This document shows, in pieces, positions 18,075-27,189 of a stretch of 64,000 nt of DNA (position 1 is the first letter of the stretch; every line of letters begins with the position of its first letter). Origin of the DNA: Methanobacteriota archaeon (lineage in GTDB: Archaea; Thermoplasmatota; Poseidoniia; Poseidoniales; Thalassarchaeaceae); NCBI GenBank assembly GCA_004195615.1, contig PSPW01000002.1, positions 58,045 to 122,044 on the forward strand, given 5' to 3'. The notes under the pieces were generated by a model. It searched no databases, had not been told where the DNA came from, and was given only the letters and a program-made list of their open reading frames with translations. The position numbers and the translations under genes were made by a program.

Positions 18075-20195
18075 CTATGAGTCAGGTGCTCCTGCAAAGA
18101 ATGACATTGACTCCTTGAACAACTCTTCTCTTCTGTGCCTCTTGTTGTCTCTGATCTTGAGCCATGTGAATCCTACCGCTAGGAGGATGATGAATGGGAT
18201 GAACGCCTCGGCGTGATACCTCTCCATCACCTCAATTATCCCTCGTGCCGTATATGCCCAAGTGACTGATGCAGCCGTGCCGCCAATGAAGCAAGCAGCA
18301 AGCACCCTCTGGAACTTCATTCGGGCTACCAGCCCTAGCATGGCCCCAACTAGTACACCACTTGCCATGAAGGGGATCCAGACGAAGACTATCAGTCCCC
18401 AGAAGCCATACTTGTCGATTCTTTTCCTGTTCTTGTGGGCCACGTACTCTACTGAGGACAGGATATCGCCCATGAACGGGTTCTGCAATAGGGCCCCTGG
18501 GATTCCATCGCGCTTCGCTACCATTGCCTCTCCGGAGTGTTCATCGGAACCTTGCTCGACCCTGCCTGCGACAGCTCTGTCGCCCAGAGTTGATTTCTCG
18601 TTTCTAGCACTGACAACTAGTTCCCTACCCTCTAGAAGATGTTCCAAGTCAGAGCTGAGTTGGACTCGTAGGTCTCCTTGGAGATGCTGATATGTCGGCT
18701 TGAATAGGAAGTAAGCGAACTTCGTGACTGGTTTGTAAATAACCCTGACGAAAATCGCATCCTCATCGGCCAGAATCGCAGATCCGTAGTCTGCAACATC
18801 GTGTTTCCTAAACCATCTTGACATGCTTTCTCTGAATGACTCCTCTAGTTTCCCGAACTGTCCCATTGAGGAAAAGAAACCGCTGTAGTCGTCAGAGAGT
18901 TTGACTTCGTCTAATTCGTCGAAATCTGGCGTTTCTCCGGGACTAGAAATAGAGTCGGTGCAAACCGTCTTTATCTGAAGCGGCCTCATCTCTCCGAAGA
19001 TTCGGAACTCGTTGAGAATGTCTTTGATTATGGTGCCTTTCACCTCGATTGGGGACATGATGGTCTTCCTTGTCGTATTGTAAGGCAGGAAAACATCGAC
19101 TGAGATTGCCCGGTTCTGAATCCTAATCGATTCCAGATTAGGCTTTATTTGGAGTCTCTTGCAAGCGTTTTCGATCGTCCTAGAGATTAGCCTGTCCATT
19201 TGCTCACTGGAAAGAAGATCGTCCGTCTCCCTGTGGTACAACCTGTGCATCAGGGGATACTGGACACAAAGGAAGAATATCGACATTCCCAATGAAACCA
19301 TGGCCATGTACCACGGAGGGATTTCTGCGTTTCCTCCGGTTAGCATAGCAGTCTCCCTACCGCCTACCCACTCTGCACCCATCAGAATCCAGCCCCAAAC
19401 ACCCATGCGCTGAATCGTTAAGCAAGCCCGGTTATCATCATCGATCTCCTCCATCTTCCTGTGAGTTTCTCCAAAGCCGAAGAAAGATGATGCCTCATTA
19501 GTATGCAACTCTATTTCTAGATCCTTGATTGTAATTTGAAGGAGCGGCTCATTTTCTTTCTCGGAGATTTCCTCTGAGGAGAGTTCTGACCAGCCAGTTG
19601 AGTTGTTCTCTGAATAGAATACTGTGATGCGAATTCTGTAGTCCCCATCAACCAATTCTTCCTTATCCAATTCCAGGTTCAGGTCTCCAACCCCTCCAAC
19701 TACGAGAGTACGTTCGGCATCACCTTCAATTTCTCCCTCGGACCCAATTGCTGAATCATTCCAAACTGCAACCAGCATTGCTGAAGATGAGGATGGAGGG
19801 ACGTTATGACTTACGATTCTAAGATCGTCTTCCTGGACCCAAGTATCAATCCAGATCTCTCCTCTCTTGTCAATGCAGTCATGTGGATCAAGCGGAGTTC
19901 CCGAGAGCGTCTCATCTATCATTATCGAGTCACCGAGAATTATGCCCGACGAGGCGATTGCGACCATCCCGAAGAACATCAAGCCGGCCATTACTCCGAA
20001 GACCAGTGTGTAGTCAACGAATGTCTGAGGTACGATGGTGTTGATCAGGAAGCTCTGACCTGAGTTCTCTCTTCTCTCCCTAATCCTATCCAATTCTACG
20101 TCAATCCCGTCCTCATTTTCAGATTCAGAAATTGGTTCAATGGAGTGATTTTTATCAAATTCTAGAGGTGTCGACGGAAGGATGTCTTCGACCAT
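18075..20195 (-). CDS. 706-aa polytopic membrane protein of unknown function, first gene of the ABC exporter operon
   Basis: ATG at 20195. One N-terminal TM, an approximately 190-aa extracytoplasmic domain, two more TM, an approximately 250-aa cytoplasmic domain and three C-terminal TM. No confident family match by eye. Confidence 0.6.
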   Translation of the reverse strand: MVEDILPSTPLEFDKNHSIEPISESENEDGIDVELDRIRERRENSGQSFLINTIVPQTFVDYTLVFGVMAGLMFFGMVAIASSGIILGDSIMIDETLSGTPLDPHDCIDKRGEIWIDTWVQEDDLRIVSHNVPPSSSSAMLVAVWNDSAIGSEGEIEGDAERTLVVGGVGDLNLELDKEELVDGDYRIRITVFYSENNSTGWSELSSEEISEKENEPLLQITIKDLEIELHTNEASSFFGFGETHRKMEEIDDDNRACLTIQRMGVWGWILMGAEWVGGRETAMLTGGNAEIPPWYMAMVSLGMSIFFLCVQYPLMHRLYHRETDDLLSSEQMDRLISRTIENACKRLQIKPNLESIRIQNRAISVDVFLPYNTTRKTIMSPIEVKGTIIKDILNEFRIFGEMRPLQIKTVCTDSISSPGETPDFDELDEVKLSDDYSGFFSSMGQFGKLEESFRESMSRWFRKHDVADYGSAILADEDAIFVRVIYKPVTKFAYFLFKPTYQHLQGDLRVQLSSDLEHLLEGRELVVSARNEKSTLGDRAVAGRVEQGSDEHSGEAMVAKRDGIPGALLQNPFMGDILSSVEYVAHKNRKRIDKYGFWGLIVFVWIPFMASGVLVGAMLGLVARMKFQRVLAACFIGGTAASVTWAYTARGIIEVMERYHAEAFIPFIILLAVGFTWLKIRDNKRHRREELFKESMSFFAGAPDS

Positions 20196-20223
20196 TGGAA
20201 GCAGACGAGCAGGTCGGGCGTAT

Positions 20224-20238
20224 GTGAATATTATTCAC
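20224..20238. promoter_or_regulatory. Perfect 7-1-7 palindrome GTGAATA-T-TATTCAC in the divergent intergenic region (candidate TATA/BRE or regulator site)
   Basis: Seen directly in the sequence. Centre lies about 36 nt upstream of the ATG of the minus-strand 706-aa gene. AT-rich core aatattatt. Confidence 0.3.
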
Positions 20239-20353
20239 GGAATGGGTGAGTCAGTTGGGCAAAATTGGAGTTGCTGGAAAGAAAGCGATTTTGTCAACTT
20301 CTGGAACTGGGAATTTAGGCAATTTTAATGTCCTCCTACTCTGTAGGAGGGGT

Positions 20354-23300
20354 ATGCCCAGTGTCAACGCGGTGAGGTCGAGACTGTCTCTTCTTCTCGT
20401 TGGCCTGATGCTTTTCCCGAGTGTCATGACGATTTTATCCTACCAAATTGGGAACGACGAACTGTTGGATGACACAAGGATGGACTCGATTGATCTCGCT
20501 CTAGAGACCCATTCTATCCTTGGAGTCCCCGAATCTGGCGACCCTTCTCATGGATGGAAGAGCGACTCTGGAAATGTCGGAGAAGCGTCGCTATTCTATC
20601 GGATTGCGACATATGTCCCGATAGAAGAGTGGGTAACTACGACTGGGGAGGGTTACATGTCTGGTTGGTTCGCTCTGGCGCACGATTACCCAGTACCATC
20701 CGATTGGAGAACTGAATTGGGCGATCTGGGGATGGAGTGCAGAACATTCTACTCGCCACAGGGATTCCACTGCAACGTACCGAAGATGACACCATTGGAA
20801 CTATCCGATATTGGCGTAATCGGTGCTTTCCGACTTGATTCAACGGACAAACTGGCTCCAGATGTCATACCCCTGGTTGAAGGAGAATCGAGTGGGGCAG
20901 TGATGCAAGGGGAACGATACGTGATGAACGTCGTATTGAGTGGTTCTGACGAATTAGCAAACCTGATTTCTACTGGAATCGAGGTTGTTGACTACCGAAC
21001 AGATAGGATAGTGGAAGTCGTAGTAGATCAGAAGGATGTGGTTGAACTCGTTAGTCTGGATTTCGTCGAGTGGGTGGAGCCGAAATATCCAGTGCAGCTA
21101 GATAACGAGGCAGCAGCAGGCATCATCGATGTTGATTGGGTCGGCGAGGCTTCCAACATGGTTTCCTTCGGAGGAGGGTCACTGACAGGGGCTGGGGTAA
21201 TCGTTGGAGTAATGGACTCGGGTCTAGACACTGTAGTGGAATGCACCAGCATCTCCAATTGCAACTCCCTTAATAGCGGCATTCATGCAGACTTTGCCGG
21301 TAGGATAGCAGGGGTCGTATCATACACTTGCGGCAGCTGTACAGATGGTCCAGAGGATCAGCATGGTCATGGGACCCATGTGAGCGGATCTGTTCTGGGA
21401 GATGGTACAAACTCGCCCGACGGTTCTGACAATAGCGGAATGGCACCGGGTGCGCATCTGTTCATGCAGTCCATTCTGTGTGGCGCTAGCCTCTGCAATC
21501 CCTCCTACGATATCTTCTTCACCGAGGCACACAATGCTGGTGCGCGGGTCCACACAAATTCATGGGGCTCTGGCCCTAGCGCCGATGGCACTAGTTGTGG
21601 TGGGAGTTGTTTGGCGTACTACAGCTCCAGCGCGTTTGAGATTGATACCGAAGCCAATTCCCTCACTGACCTTACGATTCTATTCGCCATGGGGAATGAT
21701 GCAATGGACTGCACATACAACTCGTACGGACAGTCATCCTGCTATGGGGGAAAAGATGGCGAGATCAACCTAGGTGCGATGAATCAACAGGCTACTGCTA
21801 AGAACATCCTGTCAGTAGGTGCCTCGGAAAACCTCCGTGACACTTTGCCGCTATATGCTACGCCATGGAGGAATTTCTGTAACAGTGATCCTCCATGTGA
21901 TCTACCCTTCACAAATGAGAAGTGGGGCACAAGCCCAATCAGAGATGATACGGCCAGTGATAATCCAGAGGGGATGGCTGCATTCTCCAATAGAGGCCCT
22001 ACAAATGATGGGAGGATCAAACCGGATATAGTGGCGCCGGGAACATGGATACTATCAACCAAATCCGAATTGCGAACTGACTCTCCAAGTTCTGATGTCG
22101 GGGACTATTACACTCACTTGTTTGGAACCTCGATGGCTACCCCAATCACAGCAGGTTCGGTCGCATTGGTAATCGAATACCTGAATAACATAGGGGCTTA
22201 CAATTGCAACCTTGCTAACAATCCTTCAAGTGACCAATGCCCGGAGTCCGCCTTAATCAAGGCAATACTTGCTTCGGGTGCACACGACATGGATGGACAG
22301 TACACGACCGGAGGAAATTTCAATGGGAACGGGGCAGAGGAAAAGGCACCGAACAACCACGAAGGATGGGGTCGGATTGACCTCCAACAGCTAGTGTATT
22401 CTGGTTTCACAGAGGGAGTCGAGATTTCCACATTGGAGAGTCATTCTTTCAGACTTTCAGTTCCAGATACCGGGATTGAGGATTTCCGAGTCGTGCTTTC
22501 ATGGAATGACCCAGCAAACTCCCCCAGTGCAGGAAAGCAGTTGATTAACGATCTTGACATCCTCTTGAAGAGTCCCAGTGGGACAGTACAGACGTACACA
22601 AATGACGATTTGAACAATCTAGTGGGGATTTCACTGGGCGAGAATCCGGAAGTGGGCGATTGGGAAATCATAGTCACCGGTGCAAACGTCCCATCTGGGC
22701 CTCAGAAGTACTACCTAGCTTCCAGCATAGGGGTCATCGAAGATATGAGGCATCCAGTATCGGATGGATTTATTGAGCCTGGTTTCCAAACCGGGTCTAT
22801 CTTCACCGAAACCACGATGTCAAGCGGTGGCGACCATCTCTGCGCGATTCTGGACGATTCCTCACTTCAGTGCTGGGGGGACAACTCATTCGGACAATTA
22901 GGAGATGGGACCACGACCGACAGGCTGACGATGACCGAAGTGGGGCTCGATGCAGCAAGGACCGCAGTTTCAATCAGCTCGGGGAAGGACCATACGTGCT
23001 CCATCCTGGATAATGGTGGTCTGCAATGCTGGGGCAGGAACAACCATGGCCAACTAGGGGATGGCACTGCCGTTCATTCGAGTTCACCCGTCGATGTGAG
23101 CCTGTCGGGAGTGCCCGTTCAACTCTCCTCGGGAGATTGGCACAGTTGCGCCATCCTGGATGATGCTAGCCTGCAATGCTGGGGGGCTAACGAAGCCGGC
23201 CAGCTCGGGGATGGGACCAATGCCGATAGCAGCACCCCTGTATCCGTCTCCATCGGGGAAAACGTCCTAGCAGTCTCAACCGGGTCCAACCATACATGCG

Positions 23301-26300
23301 TGATTACCAATTCATGGGCTCTGAAATGCTGGGGGGGCAACAGCAACGGGCAGTTGGGAATAGGTTCTACTTCTTCCTCCAACAGCCCATCGACGGTCAC
23401 CGTCGGTGGGAATGCCGTGGCAGTGTCCGCCGGGGGCTCTCACACCTGCGCCCTACTCGATGGTAACAATGTGAAATGCTGGGGTGACAACAGCAACGGG
23501 CAGCTCGGGGACGGTGGGACGAACCAGCAGAACGACGCTGCCACAGTGGGAGTCTCTCTGACTGGAGTGATAGCAATCGACTCTGGAGATAGCCATACCT
23601 GCGCGGTTGACTCCAGTGATTCCCTCTACTGCTGGGGAGACAGTGCAAATGGGCAAGTCGGCGATGGCAGCACTTCCGATCAAATCACATCCCCCATTGA
23701 AATCACACTAGGACAGAATCTAGGTGCTCTGTCAGTCTCATCTGGGTCATCTTACACCTGTGTTGTTGGTAGTAACGACTTGGCCATGTGCTGGGGTGGC
23801 CATGGTTCGGGGGCCCTTTCCCTCGGGATCTCCCCTTCTGAGTTCACAATCCCCATGTGGAGTTATATCAGCTCGTCGGAGAGGGATTGGAACGATAATG
23901 GAGACCTGAACATATTCGAAGTCGGCGTAAGCAATGACGATGATGGCGATGGCTTCCCGAACACTGTCGACAGCGAACCCAGCAATCCAACCGTTGCTGT
24001 GGACTGCTCATCTGGGTCATACGGCAGGTTCACGTGCAGGCAGGCCACTCCTGGATACTACGTCAGTGGAACCGGGAACACCGTGATGACTCCAGCTAGT
24101 CCCGGGCACTACGTGATCGATCCCGGTGCAACCTCAGAAGAGCCATGCATCATGGGAGAGTTCCAGAGGCTCTCTGGTCAGACCTCATGCGATGACGCAG
24201 AGCCCGGATACTACGTTCCTGACCCGGGAGCGTCTGAGGGGACTCCGTGCCCACCAGGCAAGTACAACGACCTATCTGGGCAGAGCTCGATAACTGCTTG
24301 CAAATGGGCCGAATCTGGTCACAGCGTCCCGGTACTCACCCAAATGACATCGGGGGCTTCGCACTCCTGTGCCATCCTGGATGACGGTTCGGTCAGCTGC
24401 TGGGGTGATAACAACAACGGGCAGCTCGGGGATGGTTCGAGGTCACCAAGCCTCGAGCCGGAGAAGTCTTCCATGCCCCTGGGTAGGAAGGCAGTGGAGA
24501 TTTCCGCTGGTTCGTACCACACATGCACGATGTTCGACGACGGTTCAGTCCGCTGCTGGGGGTCGAATGAATTCGGACAGCTAGGGGATGGCACTACTGT
24601 CGAAAGAACGACTCCCATCACAGTAGACCTTGGGGAAGGGAAGAGCGCCCTGGGCATCTCATCCGGGGCATCTCACACATGTGCGATCCTCAATGATCGT
24701 AGCGTGAAGTGCTGGGGTGACAACAGCAACGGGCAGCTCGGGGACGGAACGACTACCGATAGATCGAGCCCGGTACATGCAGGCATGGGTGGCGAAGATG
24801 CCCTAATGGTCTCAACTGGCTCATACCACACCTGTGCGATAATGGAGGACAGGTCGGTGATGTGCTGGGGGGACAACTGGAACGGTCAGGTTGGTGATGG
24901 GACCTACATCGATAGGACATCGCCGGTAGAAATTGGAATTCCAAGCAACAGCAGCGCAGTATCCCTGGATGCGGGAGCGATGCACACATGCCTAGGGATG
25001 AATGATGGCTCCATGTTCTGCTGGGGGTACAATGCATACGGACAGTTGGGGAACGGCGGGTATAGCAACTCCAACTCGCCCATGACAGTCCCGCTAAGCT
25101 CCAACCAGTTACTAACATCCGTCCAAATAGGACTGTTTCACAGTTGTGCGCTATTCGACTCGGGACAGGTGGCCTGCTGGGGAGATAACAGCAACGGGCA
25201 GCTCGGAGATGGTTCACAGAGTGGAAGTGGGGTACCTGTAATTGTTAACCTAGACACAAATGCAACATCAATCGCCGTCGGTCAGAGGCACACCTGCGTC
25301 ATCCTGGATGATGCTAGCCTGCAATGCTGGGGGGCTAACGAAGCCGGCCAGCTCGGGGATGGATCAAACTCGAATCGGGACAACCCGACGGTAATTGACC
25401 TCGGTCACGGCTCAAAGGAGCAATTGCCCTGCGCACCGGGATCATACCAACCAAACCCCGCCCAAACCACGTGCATCCTCGCTGACAGGGGATTCATGGT
25501 CCCACAATCGGGGCAAACTAACCAGACGGGATGCGTGTCGGGATACTACTCGAGCCTGAAGGGGCAATCGGTATGCACCCCTGCCTCGAGGGGTTACTAC
25601 GTATCAGAGGTCAATTCTGCTTCACAAACTCCCTGCCCCAGTGGTCAATCGACTTTGGAGGAGGCCTCTACCTTCTTCGACATGTGCTTCGCCGACTTCG
25701 ACGGGGATGGTACACCTGACCAGTTCGACACCGACGCCGACAACGACGGAGTACTGAACGGCGATGACTACGACTGGTTGGATCCGGAAGTCTCCGCTGA
25801 CTCGGATGGCGACAGGATTCCTGACATCTATGACGAAGATGACGACAACGACGGTGTCAATGACACGGACGACCCATTCCCAATGGATCAAGGGGAGTGG
25901 GAAGACAAGGACGGTGACGGAATCGGGGACAACTCAGATCCGGACGATGACGGGGATGGCAGGAGGGACATTTTCGACGTGTTCCCGAATGACGCGAACG
26001 AGTGGTCGGATGCCGATGGGGATGGCATTGGAGATAATTCCGACGCAGACGACGACAACGACGGTCGGTGCGATGACACCACCTATTGGACACCTAATGA
26101 GATCCCACCAAACAGTGGCCCGAGTCAGGACGGGGACAACATCCCCGATTGCTACGCCTCCGCAAAGGGAGATGCATTTCCATTCGATGCGAATGAGACT
26201 GATGACACAGATGGGGACAGCATCGGGAACAACGTGGATACGGACTGCGATGGCGATGGGTGGATCAACCCGGTCCCTTGCACAATGAACAGTGCTGGTG

Positions 26301-26872
26301 AGAACGGCACAGATGCATTTCCCCTAGAGGACTGGAGATGGTCCGACTCGGACGGAGACGGCCACGCCGATCAGGGGAAGAACGCCGATGTCTTTCCCGA
26401 TGACCCGACAGAGTGGATGGACAGCGATCGCGATAGTGTGGGCAACAACGCCGACGAGTGCCCATTCGAACCCGGGATTAATCCGAGCACTGATGACTTC
26501 ATTGTACTGCTAAGCCTACCTGGTAACGACCTTGGGTGTCCTATTCAAGCGATCCTCGGGGATGAGATCATAGTAGATGAGTCGGAATCCGACGATGCTG
26601 GCTTTGATAGTGCAGAAGCCCCCGACTTTGACAATGATGACATTCCTGACTTGCTGGATATGGATGACGACAACGACGGGATTCCGGATATAGAGGACGG
26701 GATCCTCGGGGACGAGAAGTGGTCCAGAGATCCATTCAGGCCCTTCACCTACGAGAATTGGGCCATTATCGCCATTTCGATATCCTTCATCGGGATAATG
26801 GGAAACAGGGTGATCGGTACGAAGAACAGGAGCATCTCCAACATCCGCTCTAAGAAGATCAGGATTCAATGA
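20354..26872 (+). CDS. Giant membrane-anchored surface protein: S8 subtilisin-like protease, RCC1-repeat beta-propellers, Cys-rich GYY modules, acidic Ca-binding DxDxDG repeats and C-terminal TM
   Basis: Track start 20246 is GTG. ATG at 20354 follows GGAGGGG and begins a signal peptide (MPSVNAVRSRLSLLLVGLMLFPSV). Catalytic triad motifs VMDSGLD, HGHGTHVSG and GTSMATP. More than 15 CWGxNxxGQLGDG RCC1 repeats. C-terminal TM WAIIAISISFIGIMG followed by a basic tail. Confidence 0.85.
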   Translation: MPSVNAVRSRLSLLLVGLMLFPSVMTILSYQIGNDELLDDTRMDSIDLALETHSILGVPESGDPSHGWKSDSGNVGEASLFYRIATYVPIEEWVTTTGEGYMSGWFALAHDYPVPSDWRTELGDLGMECRTFYSPQGFHCNVPKMTPLELSDIGVIGAFRLDSTDKLAPDVIPLVEGESSGAVMQGERYVMNVVLSGSDELANLISTGIEVVDYRTDRIVEVVVDQKDVVELVSLDFVEWVEPKYPVQLDNEAAAGIIDVDWVGEASNMVSFGGGSLTGAGVIVGVMDSGLDTVVECTSISNCNSLNSGIHADFAGRIAGVVSYTCGSCTDGPEDQHGHGTHVSGSVLGDGTNSPDGSDNSGMAPGAHLFMQSILCGASLCNPSYDIFFTEAHNAGARVHTNSWGSGPSADGTSCGGSCLAYYSSSAFEIDTEANSLTDLTILFAMGNDAMDCTYNSYGQSSCYGGKDGEINLGAMNQQATAKNILSVGASENLRDTLPLYATPWRNFCNSDPPCDLPFTNEKWGTSPIRDDTASDNPEGMAAFSNRGPTNDGRIKPDIVAPGTWILSTKSELRTDSPSSDVGDYYTHLFGTSMATPITAGSVALVIEYLNNIGAYNCNLANNPSSDQCPESALIKAILASGAHDMDGQYTTGGNFNGNGAEEKAPNNHEGWGRIDLQQLVYSGFTEGVEISTLESHSFRLSVPDTGIEDFRVVLSWNDPANSPSAGKQLINDLDILLKSPSGTVQTYTNDDLNNLVGISLGENPEVGDWEIIVTGANVPSGPQKYYLASSIGVIEDMRHPVSDGFIEPGFQTGSIFTETTMSSGGDHLCAILDDSSLQCWGDNSFGQLGDGTTTDRLTMTEVGLDAARTAVSISSGKDHTCSILDNGGLQCWGRNNHGQLGDGTAVHSSSPVDVSLSGVPVQLSSGDWHSCAILDDASLQCWGANEAGQLGDGTNADSSTPVSVSIGENVLAVSTGSNHTCVITNSWALKCWGGNSNGQLGIGSTSSSNSPSTVTVGGNAVAVSAGGSHTCALLDGNNVKCWGDNSNGQLGDGGTNQQNDAATVGVSLTGVIAIDSGDSHTCAVDSSDSLYCWGDSANGQVGDGSTSDQITSPIEITLGQNLGALSVSSGSSYTCVVGSNDLAMCWGGHGSGALSLGISPSEFTIPMWSYISSSERDWNDNGDLNIFEVGVSNDDDGDGFPNTVDSEPSNPTVAVDCSSGSYGRFTCRQATPGYYVSGTGNTVMTPASPGHYVIDPGATSEEPCIMGEFQRLSGQTSCDDAEPGYYVPDPGASEGTPCPPGKYNDLSGQSSITACKWAESGHSVPVLTQMTSGASHSCAILDDGSVSCWGDNNNGQLGDGSRSPSLEPEKSSMPLGRKAVEISAGSYHTCTMFDDGSVRCWGSNEFGQLGDGTTVERTTPITVDLGEGKSALGISSGASHTCAILNDRSVKCWGDNSNGQLGDGTTTDRSSPVHAGMGGEDALMVSTGSYHTCAIMEDRSVMCWGDNWNGQVGDGTYIDRTSPVEIGIPSNSSAVSLDAGAMHTCLGMNDGSMFCWGYNAYGQLGNGGYSNSNSPMTVPLSSNQLLTSVQIGLFHSCALFDSGQVACWGDNSNGQLGDGSQSGSGVPVIVNLDTNATSIAVGQRHTCVILDDASLQCWGANEAGQLGDGSNSNRDNPTVIDLGHGSKEQLPCAPGSYQPNPAQTTCILADRGFMVPQSGQTNQTGCVSGYYSSLKGQSVCTPASRGYYVSEVNSASQTPCPSGQSTLEEASTFFDMCFADFDGDGTPDQFDTDADNDGVLNGDDYDWLDPEVSADSDGDRIPDIYDEDDDNDGVNDTDDPFPMDQGEWEDKDGDGIGDNSDPDDDGDGRRDIFDVFPNDANEWSDADGDGIGDNSDADDDNDGRCDDTTYWTPNEIPPNSGPSQDGDNIPDCYASAKGDAFPFDANETDDTDGDSIGNNVDTDCDGDGWINPVPCTMNSAGENGTDAFPLEDWRWSDSDGDGHADQGKNADVFPDDPTEWMDSDRDSVGNNADECPFEPGINPSTDDFIVLLSLPGNDLGCPIQAILGDEIIVDESESDDAGFDSAEAPDFDNDDIPDLLDMDDDNDGIPDIEDGILGDEKWSRDPFRPFTYENWAIIAISISFIGIMGNRVIGTKNRSISNIRSKKIRIQ
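23152..23214 (+). repeat. 63-nt perfect intragenic repeat, copy 1 (RCC1 blade), identical to 25300..25362
   Basis: Exact match catcctggatgatgctagcctgcaatgctggggggctaacgaagccggccagctcggggatgg at both sites, 2148 nt apart and in frame. Confidence 0.9.
25300..25362 (+). repeat. 63-nt perfect intragenic repeat, copy 2
   Basis: Identical to 23152..23214. Further 38-nt identical blocks (tgctggggtgacaacagcaacgggcagctcggggacgg) occur at 23477 and 24710. Confidence 0.9.
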
Positions 26873-26957
26873 TGGTGCAGGGGGCAGGATTTGAACCTGC
26901 GAAGCACTACGCACTGGGACCTAAACCCAGCCCCTTTGACCACTCGGGTACCCCTGC
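26873..26957 (-). tRNA. tRNA-Leu (anticodon TAG), class II, CCA encoded
   Basis: Reverse complement folds as GCAGGGG acceptor, 3-bp D stem, anticodon stem-loop CTGGG-TTTAGGT-CCCAG, long variable arm, T arm GCAGG-TTCAAAT-CCTGC, discriminator A and CCA. 3' end abuts the stop codon of the giant gene. Confidence 0.85.
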
Positions 26958-27012
26958 CGGAGAGTTTCGTTTGAACAGTCAGACTTCAATGCAGCGCAAT
27001 TCGTGACTTTGT

Positions 27013-27097
27013 TGGTGCAGGGGGCAGGATTTGAACCTGCGAAGCACTACGCACTGGGACCTAAACCCAGCCCCTTTGACCACTCGGGTACCCCTGC
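27013..27097 (-). tRNA. tRNA-Leu (anticodon TAG), second identical copy
   Basis: 85 nt identical to 26873..26957, separated by a 55-nt spacer. Confidence 0.85.
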
Positions 27098-27189
27098 TAT
27101 GTCCCGTCCGAATAATTACCCACCAAGAAGTCAACGCATCCGTGTCAATGACCCCCATAGGGTCATAACTGGGTCTATACGCCCCGCAG

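Noticed and set aside
20246-20353. GTG-initiated 36-codon N-terminal extension of the giant protease (MSQLGKIGVAGKK...)
   Set aside because: The downstream ATG at 20354 has a GGAGG-like site and starts a canonical signal peptide. The extension would place 36 non-hydrophobic residues before it. Kept as a possibility only.
21028-26465. Numerous 60-170-aa ORFs in both orientations within the giant protease gene (e.g. 24753..25217 -, 25764..26288 +, 25857..26093 -)
   Set aside because: Generated by the repetitive, compositionally biased RCC1 and DxD repeat coding sequence. Translations are low-complexity (R/S/P/T-rich) and overlap the obvious long frame.
26873-27097. Duplicated tRNA-Leu as attL/attR of an integrated mobile element
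   Set aside because: Both copies are full-length and only 55 nt apart. No integrase, transposase or phage-like genes lie in the flanks. A simple tandem gene duplication is more parsimonious.
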